This document shows, in pieces, positions 10,664 to 19,108 of a stretch of 64,000 nt of DNA. The stretch is taken from positions 160,001 to 224,000 of the forward strand of contig JAJPHT010000029.1 in the NCBI GenBank assembly GCA_021325135.1, written 5' to 3'. Under the pieces are notes generated by a model that searched no databases, was not told the origin of the DNA, and was given only the letters and a program-made list of their open reading frames with translations. The translations under genes were made by a program, and so were the position numbers. The stretch's first letter is position 1. Each line of letters opens with the position of its first letter. Origin of the DNA: Pseudomonadota bacterium. GTDB taxonomy: Archaea; Thermoplasmatota; SW-10-69-26; JACQPN01; JAJPHT01.

Positions 10664-11196
10664 TCGCCCATCATGGCGCGCACCGGCCGCCGCACCGTCT
10701 CCGCCACCGCGCCGAAGAGGAGGTGCATGCCCAGGTTCCGCGCGACGGCCTTCGGCGGCTGCTGCGTCACCGGCGGCGCGAGGTCCAGCGCGGGCAGCGT
10801 CGCGGCGGGGAGCGCGGCCCACACGGCGGCGCCGAAGGGGAGGCCCCACCCCCACGTCGCGGCGGGCGTGGCCTCCGCGGCCATGCCGTAAAGCGCGCCG
10901 GTCACCGCGCCCGTGGCGTAGTGGACCACCTGGCCCGCGAGCTTCTTCTGCGTCTCGGGGACCTCCTCGCCCGTCAGGGGCTCCACGACGGCGTTGGCGA
11001 CGGCGAGCTTGGGGTCCTCGCCCCCGCCCTTCCTCGCGCGCCGCTTGTCCATGCGCTTCATGGCGTAGCCCATCACACCCGCCGCGGCCACGCCCGCGAT
11101 CGCGCCAGCCAACGCACCCTTCGCCAGGTCGGTGGGCGGCGGGACGTGGGGCGCCCAGCGGGCAAGGCCCTGCTCCTTGGGAAGCTCCGGTTCCAT
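10594..11196 (-). CDS. DUF1440-like membrane protein
   Basis: GALAGAIAGVAA...VHYATGAVTGALYG...HLLFG pattern; the 3' end overlaps the convergent gene. Confidence 0.65.
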   Translation of the reverse strand: MEPELPKEQGLARWAPHVPPPTDLAKGALAGAIAGVAAAGVMGYAMKRMDKRRARKGGGEDPKLAVANAVVEPLTGEEVPETQKKLAGQVVHYATGAVTGALYGMAAEATPAATWGWGLPFGAAVWAALPAATLPALDLAPPVTQQPPKAVARNLGMHLLFGAVAETVRRPVRAMMGDHARRSVTSVTSGQAPNRKGMPQ

Positions 11197-11250
11197 GGGG
11201 CCCCTTTTCACGGCCAACGTGCAAGTCTCCTTCCGACCGAAACCCAAATA

Positions 11251-11268
11251 CGTAACCATAGGGTTACG
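11251..11268. promoter_or_regulatory. Palindromic operator, probably for the downstream ArsR
   Basis: CGTAACC-N4-GGTTACG immediately upstream of the SRPBCC-ArsR operon, nested within GAAACCC/GGGTTTC. Confidence 0.7.
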
Positions 11269-11275
11269 GGTTTCC

Positions 11276-11713
11276 ATGGCGCGAAGCATCGTCCACGAGG
11301 TCGACTACCCGCACCCGCCCGAGCGCGTCTGGCGCGCGCTCACCGACCCGCAGCAGATCGGCCAGTGGCTCATGGCCACCGACTTCAAGGCCGTCGTCGG
11401 AGCGAAGTACGAGATGCGCGCGAAGCCCATGCCCGGCTGGCGGGGCCTCGTCGAGGGGGAGGTCCTGGAGGTCGTCCCGCAGCGCAAGCTCGTCTACACC
11501 TGGCTGGGCAACGAGAAGGGGCCCCTCACCACCGTCACGTGGGAGCTGACGCCCACCGCCACCGGCACGCGCCTCAAGCTCACCCACAGCGGGTTCGCGG
11601 GCCTGCGCGGCTTCATCGCGTACAACGCGCTCAAGGGGGGCTGGGGGAAGAAGATCCTCCGCGAAGGGCTGCCCAGCGTGCTCGCGGGCAAGCCGGTGCC
11701 GAGCGTGCACTGA
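11276..11713 (+). CDS. SRPBCC/AHSA1 domain protein
   Basis: PPERVWRALTDP...WL...LVYTW...GTRLKLTHSGF...GW. Confidence 0.9.
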   Translation: MARSIVHEVDYPHPPERVWRALTDPQQIGQWLMATDFKAVVGAKYEMRAKPMPGWRGLVEGEVLEVVPQRKLVYTWLGNEKGPLTTVTWELTPTATGTRLKLTHSGFAGLRGFIAYNALKGGWGKKILREGLPSVLAGKPVPSVH

Positions 11714-12075
11714 TGCAGAAGGCCCGCGGGAAGGGCAAGTCCGCGCGGCGCGAGGAGGCCGTCTACCGCGCCCTCGCGGACCCCACGCGGCGCCGCATCC
11801 TCGCGCTCCTCGCCGAGGCGCCCCGCTCCGTGGGCGCCCTGGCCGCGGAGTTCCCCTCCATCAGCCGCCCCGCCGTGTCGAAGCACCTGGCGCTCCTCGT
11901 GGAGGCGGGCCTCGCCGTGGCGGAGGCGCAGGGGCGCGAGCGCGTCTACTCGCTGGAGCCCTCGCCCCTCTCGGAGGTCGTCTCGTACGTCGCCACGCTG
12001 GACGCCTTCTGGGCCGAGCGCCTCGGCGGCCTGGGCGCGCACCTGGACCGCATGGCGCGCGAGGAAAAAGCCTGA
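11713..12075 (+). CDS. ArsR/SmtB family transcriptional regulator
   Basis: ALADPTRRRILALL...SRPAVSKHL...GRERVYSL; TGATG overlap with the upstream gene. Confidence 0.92.
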   Translation: MQKARGKGKSARREEAVYRALADPTRRRILALLAEAPRSVGALAAEFPSISRPAVSKHLALLVEAGLAVAEAQGRERVYSLEPSPLSEVVSYVATLDAFWAERLGGLGAHLDRMAREEKA

Positions 12076-12101
12076 AGCCCGGACGCCCCCTCGCGCGACG
12101 C

Positions 12102-13106
12102 ATGGACAAGCCCGCCCCCATCGGCGTCGAGATCACCCGCGGCGGCACCGTCGAGAGCGCCCACCGCGTGCACCTGGCCGTCGTCGACGGCGCGGGGCAC
12201 CTCGTCGCGCACGCGGGCGACCCCTCGCGGGTCGCGTTCCTGCGCAGCGCTGCGAAGCCCTTCCAGGCCGTGCCCCTCGTGGCCTCGGGCGCCGCGGACG
12301 CCTTCGGCCTCGCGCCGCAGGAGCTTGCCCTCTGCTGCGGGAGCCACGGCGGCGAGCCCATGCACGTGCGCGTCGTCGAAGGCATGTTCGCCAAGGCCGG
12401 CATCAGCCCCGACCTCCTGCAGTGCGGCACGCACCCCTTGTGGAGCAAGGCCGCCAAGGAGGGGCTCGCGGGGGGCAAGCCCACGCCGAAGAACCACAAC
12501 TGCAGCGGCAAGCACGCGGGCATGATGATCCTCCAGAAGCACCTGGGCGCGAATCCCGCGGACTACCTCGATCCGCAGAGCCCCGCGCAGCGCGCGATCC
12601 TCCGGGCCGTCGCGGAGTGCGCGGGCGTTCCCGAGGCCGAGGTGCGCGTCGGCACGGACGGGTGCAGCGTGCCCAACTTCGCGCTGAGCGTCGCCGCGGG
12701 GGCGCGCATGTTCGCGCGGCTCGCGATGCCCTCGGGCCCGCACGCCGCGGCGCTCACGCGCCTTCGCGACGCCATGACCGCGCACCCCGAGATGGTGGGC
12801 GGCAGCGAGCGCTTCGACACCGCGCTCATGGGCGCCTCCGAGGACCGCCTCGTGAGCAAGGCCGGCGCCGAGGGCGTGCAGGGCGTCGGCGACCTCGCCA
12901 CGGGCCTGGGCCTGCTGCTCAAGGTCGAGGACGGGACCAGCCGCGCCGTGGCGCCCGCCACGGTGGAGGCGCTGCGGCAGCTGGCGTGGCTGGAGGGGCG
13001 CGCCTTCGAGGTGCTGGGCGACTGGTGGCGGCCCGCCATCACCAACTGGAGCGGCCGCGTCGTGGGGGAGACGAGGCCGGTTCTCACGCTGGAACGCACA
13101 GAATAG
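12102..13106 (+). CDS. L-asparaginase II (Rhizobium AnsA-type, class 3)
   Basis: RSAAKPFQA, CGSHGGE, HNCSGKH, DGCSVP, KAGAEGV, KVEDG. Confidence 0.9.
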   Translation: MDKPAPIGVEITRGGTVESAHRVHLAVVDGAGHLVAHAGDPSRVAFLRSAAKPFQAVPLVASGAADAFGLAPQELALCCGSHGGEPMHVRVVEGMFAKAGISPDLLQCGTHPLWSKAAKEGLAGGKPTPKNHNCSGKHAGMMILQKHLGANPADYLDPQSPAQRAILRAVAECAGVPEAEVRVGTDGCSVPNFALSVAAGARMFARLAMPSGPHAAALTRLRDAMTAHPEMVGGSERFDTALMGASEDRLVSKAGAEGVQGVGDLATGLGLLLKVEDGTSRAVAPATVEALRQLAWLEGRAFEVLGDWWRPAITNWSGRVVGETRPVLTLERTE

Positions 13107-13114
13107 ACTCAGTT

Positions 13115-13232
13115 CGTCGCGCGCGCCGCAGCGCGCGTACCCATGGGGGTTTCAGGGGGCGAAGCCCCCTGACGTGAAGGGAAAGAAGCAGACGCTCAAA
13201 ACTTCAGGGGGCTGCGCTCCCCGAACCCCCCG
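13115..13232. repeat. REP-like doublet element, copy 1
   Basis: CGTCGCGCGCGCCGCAGCGCGCG...GGGGTTTCAGGGGGCGAAGCCCCCTGACGTGAAG is nearly identical to 58563-58628 and is followed by an inverted partial unit. Confidence 0.85.
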
Positions 13233-13746
13233 CCTGCCGTCGCACGAGCCACGCCCACGCCACGAGGCCCACGAAGGCCAAGGCGAGGCCCACGGTCAGC
13301 GCAAGGAAGAGGGGGTCGTGCTGGACGGGCGGGGTTTCTGTGGGGGTGGCGAGGCTCTTGGCGAAGCCGGTGGGCGCGGCCTCCGTGGCGTTGGCGACGC
13401 CGCTGCGCAGCCACATCCAGGCCGCCAGCGCGGCGGTGACCAGCGTGCCCAGGGCGGTGCTGAGGATGAGGGCCAGCGTGATGGTCTCGGGGTGGAGGAG
13501 GCGGCGGCCGGTCCACGAGAGCTGCCAGTAGACCCACTTGCGCTCCACGTCCTCCTCGATCTTCTGGATGAGTCCCACCTCGGCGAGCTTCTCCAGGTGC
13601 TCGAAGACCGTGGCCTTGTTGAGGTCCAGCTCGCGCGCCAGCTCGGTCACCGTCTTCTGGCGCTCGTCGAGCGCCTTGAGGATGTCCAGCCGCGTGTCCG
13701 AGGCGAGGGCCTTGAACACGGCGCGGTCCAGGGTGATCTTGTCCAC
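13204..13746 (-). CDS. ArsR-like wHTH regulator with C-terminal transmembrane segments
   Basis: FKALASDTRLDILKAL...TVTELA...KATVFEHLEKL...KWVYWQL, then two hydrophobic helices. Confidence 0.88.
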   Translation of the reverse strand: MDKITLDRAVFKALASDTRLDILKALDERQKTVTELARELDLNKATVFEHLEKLAEVGLIQKIEEDVERKWVYWQLSWTGRRLLHPETITLALILSTALGTLVTAALAAWMWLRSGVANATEAAPTGFAKSLATPTETPPVQHDPLFLALTVGLALAFVGLVAWAWLVRRQAGGSGSAAP

Positions 13747-13874
13747 GGCGTCCTATGCTGGGGCCGCGCGCTTCACGGTTGCGGAACCGGCGGGGAGGCG
13801 CCCAACGCCTTCCCTCCGTGGATCGTCCCGGTGGGCGAGCAAGGACTATGGGAGCGGGAAGCGCTCGGGAGGCG

Positions 13875-14363
13875 ATGACGGAAGAGCCTTTCCTCACCGT
13901 GGGACGCGCCGTGGCCATGGTGCTGATCCTGGCCGGCATCGCCGTCGTGATCACCGCGCCCTGGGATGACAGGCTCCAGAAGGCAGACTGCGACCAGGAG
14001 CCGCACGTGCTCTGCGACTCGTTTAGCCCGGTCCCTCCCGACCTGGCCGGTGTCCTCGCTGCGCTCCCGGGAGCGGTGGGTCTCGTGGGCTCGGCGTGGC
14101 TGCGCTCGGCGGCGGCTCCGAAGCTTGACGCGGGAGAGCGCCGGATCGCCCGCCTCGCGTGGGGCACCGCGCTGGTGGGCCTGGGCGGGTGGGCAACTGT
14201 CTCGGCACTGCTGGGAATCGTGGCCTCCGTCTGTGCCAACAACCTCTGCACGCACCACGTGCTTCCCCGGGACGTCGTCGGGCTGGTGTGGTCCTCTGCC
14301 CTTCTTGTCGGAGGTCTTGTCTTCCTCGCCCGCGGGCTCCTGAAGAGCGCCGCGCCGACGTAG
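13875..14363 (+). CDS. Hypothetical membrane protein
   Basis: GGAGG SD before the ATG at 13875; about four hydrophobic segments with paired Cys. Confidence 0.6.
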   Translation: MTEEPFLTVGRAVAMVLILAGIAVVITAPWDDRLQKADCDQEPHVLCDSFSPVPPDLAGVLAALPGAVGLVGSAWLRSAAAPKLDAGERRIARLAWGTALVGLGGWATVSALLGIVASVCANNLCTHHVLPRDVVGLVWSSALLVGGLVFLARGLLKSAAPT

Positions 14364-14418
14364 CTCCACCGGAACGCATCCCCAAACGCACGTATCCCAA
14401 GAGCGACACTCCCTGCGT

Positions 14419-15384
14419 GTGGACGCCGCCTCCGCCGACGCGCTTCTCGCCCGCGTGCGCGGGGGGCGGACGCTCTGGGTGCTTCACGCCAACGCGGACG
14501 CGGACTGCGTGGGCTCCGCCGCCGCGCTCCAGCGCGCCTTCGGCGGCACCCTGGGAGCTCCCGACGGCCTCTCGCGCGAAGGGCGCGCGCTGGCGGAGCG
14601 GCTGGGGCTGGAGGTCGACCCGTGGCCCCACCCCGAGGCGTTCGACGTCCACGTCGCGGTGGACACCTCGTCGCGTGCCCAGTTGGGCCGCCTGGGGCCG
14701 CTCCTCGCCGCGCCCCTCCTGGTGGACCACCACGCGTATGGCGATCTCCAGGCGGGCGCGCCCGCCAAGGCGTGGGACCCCGCGCGCGCCTCGTGCTGCG
14801 AGGTCGCGCTGGCGCTGCTGGACCGCGCGGGCGCCGCGCTGCACGCGGACGTCGCCTTCGCGCTCCTCGTGGGGCTCCTCACCGACACGGCGCGCTTCCG
14901 CCACGCGGACCCCGCCGCCCTGCGCGCCGCCGCGCGGCTCGCCGAGGCCGCGGGCGCCACGATGGAGGACGCCTACGCCTTCCTGGAGCGCGTGGACGAG
15001 GAGATGGACGATCTCTCGGCGCGCAAGGCGACGCTCGTCGCCGCCTCCCGCGCGCAGGTGGACCAGTGGGGCCCCTGGCTCGTGGCCACGAGCGAAGTGG
15101 GCGCCTTCGACGGCGCGGCCGCCGCGGCGCTGGTGCGCGCGGGCGCCGACCTCGCGTTGGTGGCGCAGGAGAAGAGCGCCTCGGCGCGCATGTCGCTGCG
15201 CGCCAGCGTGCGCGCGAAGGAGGCGGGGCTTCACCTGGGCGAGGTCGCCAACGCGGCGGCGCGCGACGTGGGCTGGAGCGGCGGCGGGCACGAGGCCGCC
15301 GCGGGCCTCCAGGGGAAGCCGCCCCTGGCGCCCGCGCGCTCCGCGGTGCTGCGCCTGGCGCGGGCGAAGCTGGAGGCCGCCTGA
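14419..15384 (+). CDS. DHH family phosphoesterase (DHHA1)
   Basis: HANADAD, VDT, VDHH, TDTARF, GGGHEAAAG. Confidence 0.88.
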   Translation: MDAASADALLARVRGGRTLWVLHANADADCVGSAAALQRAFGGTLGAPDGLSREGRALAERLGLEVDPWPHPEAFDVHVAVDTSSRAQLGRLGPLLAAPLLVDHHAYGDLQAGAPAKAWDPARASCCEVALALLDRAGAALHADVAFALLVGLLTDTARFRHADPAALRAAARLAEAAGATMEDAYAFLERVDEEMDDLSARKATLVAASRAQVDQWGPWLVATSEVGAFDGAAAAALVRAGADLALVAQEKSASARMSLRASVRAKEAGLHLGEVANAAARDVGWSGGGHEAAAGLQGKPPLAPARSAVLRLARAKLEAA

Positions 15385-15869
15385 TGGCGAAGCGCAAGCG
15401 CCCGAAGTACGCCTACGAGGTCGCGCCCGACGTGCAGGCCATGCTGGAGGAGATCGTGCGCCTCCTCCCCGACGAGTTCCCCCACGTGGACGTGCGGCGC
15501 GTCGTGTGCTATCGTTCCCGCGGCTCCACCGCGCGCATCTACGCGCGCATCTGGAGCCTCCCGGGCATCTGGCAGGCCGCGCTGGGCGTCGAGGCGCACT
15601 ACGTCGTCGAGGTCGTGGAGCGCTTCGACCGCGAGAGCCGCGAGGAGCAGGAGAAGACGATCCTCCACGAGCTTCTCCACATCCCCAAGACGTTCAGCGG
15701 CGCGCTGGTGCCGCACAACTGCTTCGGCAAGAAGATCAACTGTGAGGCGGAAGGGCGCCTGCACGCCAAGCTGGAGCGGGCCCGCGCGCTGGAGGCCCGG
15801 GCGCAGGCGGACGCGCAGCGCATCCTGGAGTCCTACGACCTGGGCCGCACGACGACGTCGGCGAAGTAG
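15384..15869 (+). CDS. Putative metallopeptidase (phage metallopeptidase-like domain)
   Basis: RSRGS...ARIW...HELLHIP...GAL.PH (HEXXH); TGATG coupling to the DHH gene. Confidence 0.8.
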   Translation: MAKRKRPKYAYEVAPDVQAMLEEIVRLLPDEFPHVDVRRVVCYRSRGSTARIYARIWSLPGIWQAALGVEAHYVVEVVERFDRESREEQEKTILHELLHIPKTFSGALVPHNCFGKKINCEAEGRLHAKLERARALEARAQADAQRILESYDLGRTTTSAK

Positions 15870-16438
15870 GCGTCGGTCCCCGTCCCGATCCAGAGGGCGA
15901 CGCCGCCCCGCGCGTGCCCCATCTTGAGGTCCTTGACCAGGAGCGCGGGCTGCGACGAGGCGCCCACGAAGAGCTCCGCGCGCTCGCCGCGCACGACGAC
16001 GCGCAGGCGCGTCCACGCGCCGGGCTCCATGTCGGCGTAGGACTCGTAGACGCCCGGCGACTCGCCGCGCAGGCGATGCCAGGGCCAGTCGGGGAGCGAG
16101 GCGTACTGCGTCGTATGGTTGCGCCGAAGCTGGTCGTCCGCGCGGGCGTTGGTGGGGCGCACGAAGAGCAACTCGAACCGGGCGGAGCCCTCCTGCACGC
16201 GGAACGCGAGCCCCGCGAAGCCGCGCATGTCGGGGTCCGCGTCAGGGCGCCGGTCGGCCGCCAGCCAGCACTCGATCTCGCCGTCCTCGAAGAGACCCGG
16301 AAGGTGGGCCAGGGGCTCGACGCCGGGCGCGCCCATCTGCGACTCGACCACGTGGACGGCACGCCGGCCGCGGTGCGTCGCGTCCGCGAGGTCCACGCCG
16401 CGGGGCGTCAGAGTGGCGGCCGAGAAGGCGGGCGGCAT
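15833..16438 (-). CDS. Hypothetical protein (DUF1080-like beta-sandwich)
   Basis: FEDGEIE...RGFAGLAFR...RPTNARADDQLRRNH..QY...GTDAYF. Confidence 0.7.
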   Translation of the reverse strand: MPPAFSAATLTPRGVDLADATHRGRRAVHVVESQMGAPGVEPLAHLPGLFEDGEIECWLAADRRPDADPDMRGFAGLAFRVQEGSARFELLFVRPTNARADDQLRRNHTTQYASLPDWPWHRLRGESPGVYESYADMEPGAWTRLRVVVRGERAELFVGASSQPALLVKDLKMGHARGGVALWIGTGTDAYFADVVVRPRS

Positions 16439-16645
16439 CGGACCGGGCGGGCAGCGGCGCGGCCGTCTTTCAACGTATGCGGGCCCGGTCGGAGCCGGCC
16501 AGCCGGGAACCGGCAAGTGGCGAATCCCGCTTCTGGGATCGTCGTTTGTCCGGCGGGAAGGACGGTCGCTTGGACGGCGCCTACCCAAACGGGGGTAAAT
16601 TACTTACCCTGTCATGGCCCATGGATTCGCGCCGAGGTGCGACGC

Positions 16646-16930
16646 GTGCAGTCCGAAGGTTTCGTCTTCGAAGAGAAGCCCGTGTACGACTGGAACCACG
16701 TCCCCGTGGGGACCGTGAGCGGCGCCGTGCGCGATCCCAAGACCCGCGCCGCCCGGCAGCTGGTCCTGCGCTTGACCCCGGAGGCCCAGACCGAGCTTGG
16801 GGCCGAGCAGCCCACCGTCGAGCTTCCCGCGTCCTTCGTCTTCGGCGTCCGCCGCGACAGCGTCACCCTGGACCGCTCGCTCAGCGAGCTCAAGAAGATC
16901 GATTTCTTCGCCTCGGTCATCAAGAAGTAG
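16646..16930 (+). CDS. PRC-barrel-like small protein
   Basis: GAGGTG SD; KPVYDW..PVGTV..AVRDPKT...LVL pattern. Confidence 0.65.
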   Translation: MQSEGFVFEEKPVYDWNHVPVGTVSGAVRDPKTRAARQLVLRLTPEAQTELGAEQPTVELPASFVFGVRRDSVTLDRSLSELKKIDFFASVIKK

Positions 16931-16959
16931 GTGCCCGGCCTCCTTCTTCTTTTCAAGGG

Positions 16960-17739
16960 CTACTTCCCGTAGCGCCGCTGCCGAAGCTGGTAGGTGCGGA
17001 TCGCGCGCAGGAAGTCCACGCGGCGGAAGCCGGGCCAGAAGACGTCGGTGAAGTAGAGCTCGCTGTACGCCATCTGCCAGAGCAGGAAGTTGCTGATGCG
17101 CTCCTCGCCGCTGGTGCGCAGGATGAGGTCGGGGTCGGGGAGGTGCGCCGTGTAGAGGTGCTTCGCGACGAGGGACTCGTCGATGTCCGAAGGCTTGACG
17201 CGGCCCGCCTTCACGTCCTCGGCGATGCCGCGGATGGCGTCGAGGATCTCCTGCCGGCCGCCGTAGGCGACGGCGATGGTGTAGAAGTAGGACGCGTAGT
17301 CGCGGGTGCGCTCCTCGGCGACGCGGATGGCCTCGCGGACGCGCTTGGGGAGGCGGTCCAATTGGCCGATGGCGCGGATGTGGATGCGGTTGCGGTGGAC
17401 GCGCTCGTCGGCCGCCATCCGGAGGAAGTTCTCCTCGAAGAGCTCCATGAGGCGCTTGACCTCCATGGGGTTGCGGTTGAAGTTCTCGCTGGAGAACGCG
17501 TACACCGTGAGGTGCTTCACGTCCAGCTCCAGGCACCAGTCCAGCACGCTCTCCAGCGTGTCGCGGCCGTACTCGTGCCCCTTGAGGGCGGGCTCGCCCA
17601 GCGCCTCGGCGAAGCGGCGGTTGCCGTCCATGATGATGCCGATGTGGCGGGGGACGGGCTCGCCCCTCACTTCCTTGAGGAGCGCGGCCTCGACGGTCTT
17701 GGCCACCGCGTCGCCGACGCGGTCCTTGATCTCGTGGAT
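16960..17739 (-). CDS. uppS: cis-prenyltransferase (undecaprenyl/polyprenyl diphosphate synthase)
   Basis: PRHIGIIMDGNRR, YAFSSENFNR, YGGRQEI, PDLILRTSGEERISNFLLWQ; start is either GTG 17706 or ATC 17739 (see findings). Confidence 0.95.
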   Translation of the reverse strand: MHEIKDRVGDAVAKTVEAALLKEVRGEPVPRHIGIIMDGNRRFAEALGEPALKGHEYGRDTLESVLDWCLELDVKHLTVYAFSSENFNRNPMEVKRLMELFEENFLRMAADERVHRNRIHIRAIGQLDRLPKRVREAIRVAEERTRDYASYFYTIAVAYGGRQEILDAIRGIAEDVKAGRVKPSDIDESLVAKHLYTAHLPDPDLILRTSGEERISNFLLWQMAYSELYFTDVFWPGFRRVDFLRAIRTYQLRQRRYGK

Positions 17740-17797
17740 CGGCGCTCCTCCTGGTCCGGGCTGACCCGCTGCCGGATGAAATAGATTGCTCCCGCGA

Positions 17798-18511
17798 TCA
17801 GGGCGCCAGCGTCTTGCCCAGCTTGGGGCCGTGCATCTCGAAGCCGCCGTCCACGGGGGGCACGACGACCTTGGCCGCGGTGCCCACGCGCTTCTCGAAC
17901 TCGTGCGGGTCCGCGTGGATGGGCGGGAAGGTGTTGTAGTGCATGGGCACCGCGACGTTGACGCCCAGCCACTCCACGGCGCGCGCCGCGTGCTCGGCGC
18001 CCATGGTGTAGAAGTCGCCGATGGGCACGGCCGCGACGTGGGGCTGGAGGAGGTCGCGGATCACCGTGCGCATGTCGCCGAAGAGGCCCGTGTCGCCCGC
18101 GTGGTAGAAGCGCGTCTCGCCGTCGTCCACCACGAAGCCGCACGCCACGCCGCCGTACCCCTGGAAGTGGTCCCCCTCGCGGTGGAAGCCGCTGGTGTGC
18201 AGGGCGGGCGCGCACCAGACGCGCAGCTTGCCCTTGCGCCAGAAGCCGCCCACGTTCATGCCGACGCTCCCCCGCGCGCCGCGCGCCTCCAGGATGCCCG
18301 CAAGCTCGTAGGTCGCGACGCAGGGCACGCCGAACTCAGGCGCGCTCCCCACGTGGTCCGCGTGGGCGTGCGTCACCAGGATGATGTCGGGGTGGAAGTC
18401 GGCGACGCGCTTCGCGGTCATGCCGTTCTCGACGAACGGATCCACGAGGACCTTCGTGCCGTCCTTGCACGCGAGCGAGAAGAACGAATGGCCGTGCCAG
18501 CGGATCTCCAT
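17798..18511 (-). CDS. Metal-dependent hydrolase, metallo-beta-lactamase fold (UPF0173)
   Basis: WHGHS, VDPF, THAHADH, YHAGDTGLF, PMHYNTFP. Confidence 0.92.
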   Translation of the reverse strand: MEIRWHGHSFFSLACKDGTKVLVDPFVENGMTAKRVADFHPDIILVTHAHADHVGSAPEFGVPCVATYELAGILEARGARGSVGMNVGGFWRKGKLRVWCAPALHTSGFHREGDHFQGYGGVACGFVVDDGETRFYHAGDTGLFGDMRTVIRDLLQPHVAAVPIGDFYTMGAEHAARAVEWLGVNVAVPMHYNTFPPIHADPHEFEKRVGTAAKVVVPPVDGGFEMHGPKLGKTLAP

Positions 18512-18557
18512 GCCGGCGCGAAGAGCGCGCCCAAGGAAAAGACGTTCGGGTACGGGC

Positions 18558-18659
18558 TCAGAAGTGGAAGGCGGCGCCGCACTCGGTGCAGTTCCCGGGG
18601 GCCATGAACTCGGTGCCGCACGACTTGCACAGCGTCAGGAACGTCGTCTCCTCTTGCAT
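18558..18659 (-). CDS. 33-aa zinc-ribbon microprotein (not in the ORF track)
   Basis: MQEETTFLTLCKSCGTEFMAPGNCTECGAAFHF*; two CxxCG motifs, host-like codons, CTTAAC box about 30 nt upstream. Confidence 0.7.
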   Translation of the reverse strand: MQEETTFLTLCKSCGTEFMAPGNCTECGAAFHF

Positions 18660-18798
18660 CCGAGCCCATCCGTCAGCGCCCGGGTAGTTAAGAGTTGTTG
18701 GTTCGGCCGGCGAACGTTCCGGGCCCTTCCCCGGCGCCCCCAGGCCTCAGAAAGTTCTTAGGAGGGAAGCCTTGTGGCCCCATCGCCAGCGACGCATT

Positions 18799-18871
18799 GC
18801 GGCGTTCGCGTAGCGGTTAGCGCAGCAGCTTCCCAAGCTGCCCTCCGGGGGTTCGAATCCCCCACGCCGCA
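18799..18871 (+). tRNA. tRNA-Gly(CCC)
   Basis: Acceptor GCGGCGT/ACGCCGC, anticodon arm GCAGC-TTCCCAA-GCTGC, T arm GGGGG-TTCGAAT-CCCCC. Confidence 0.93.
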
Positions 18872-18889
18872 TTTCAGCGGGCACTCCGT

Positions 18890-19040
18890 CGCACGCGCTT
18901 TCGCGCGTGCGGACTCCGTGGCAGAGGGGGTGACTTCCCCCTCTGCGCTCCCCCTGCCGGGGGGACTTCGTCCCCCACGGACCCCCCTGCGGCGCTGCGC
19001 GCCGCGGGGGCTTCGCCCCCTTTCCCCCGAGGGAAATGAG
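18890..19040. repeat. Cluster of GC hairpins (REP-like)
   Basis: GCACGCG/CGCGTGC, GCAGAGGGGG/CCCCCTCTGC, GGGGAC-TTC-GTCCCC; GGGGCTTCGCCCCCTTTCCCCC matches 60401-60430. Confidence 0.65.
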
Positions 19041-19108
19041 GGACCCTTTCTGGAGGGTCGTGAAAGGGGGATCTTCGGCGCGCGCGGGGGCCCCGCCGCG
19101 GGGTGATA

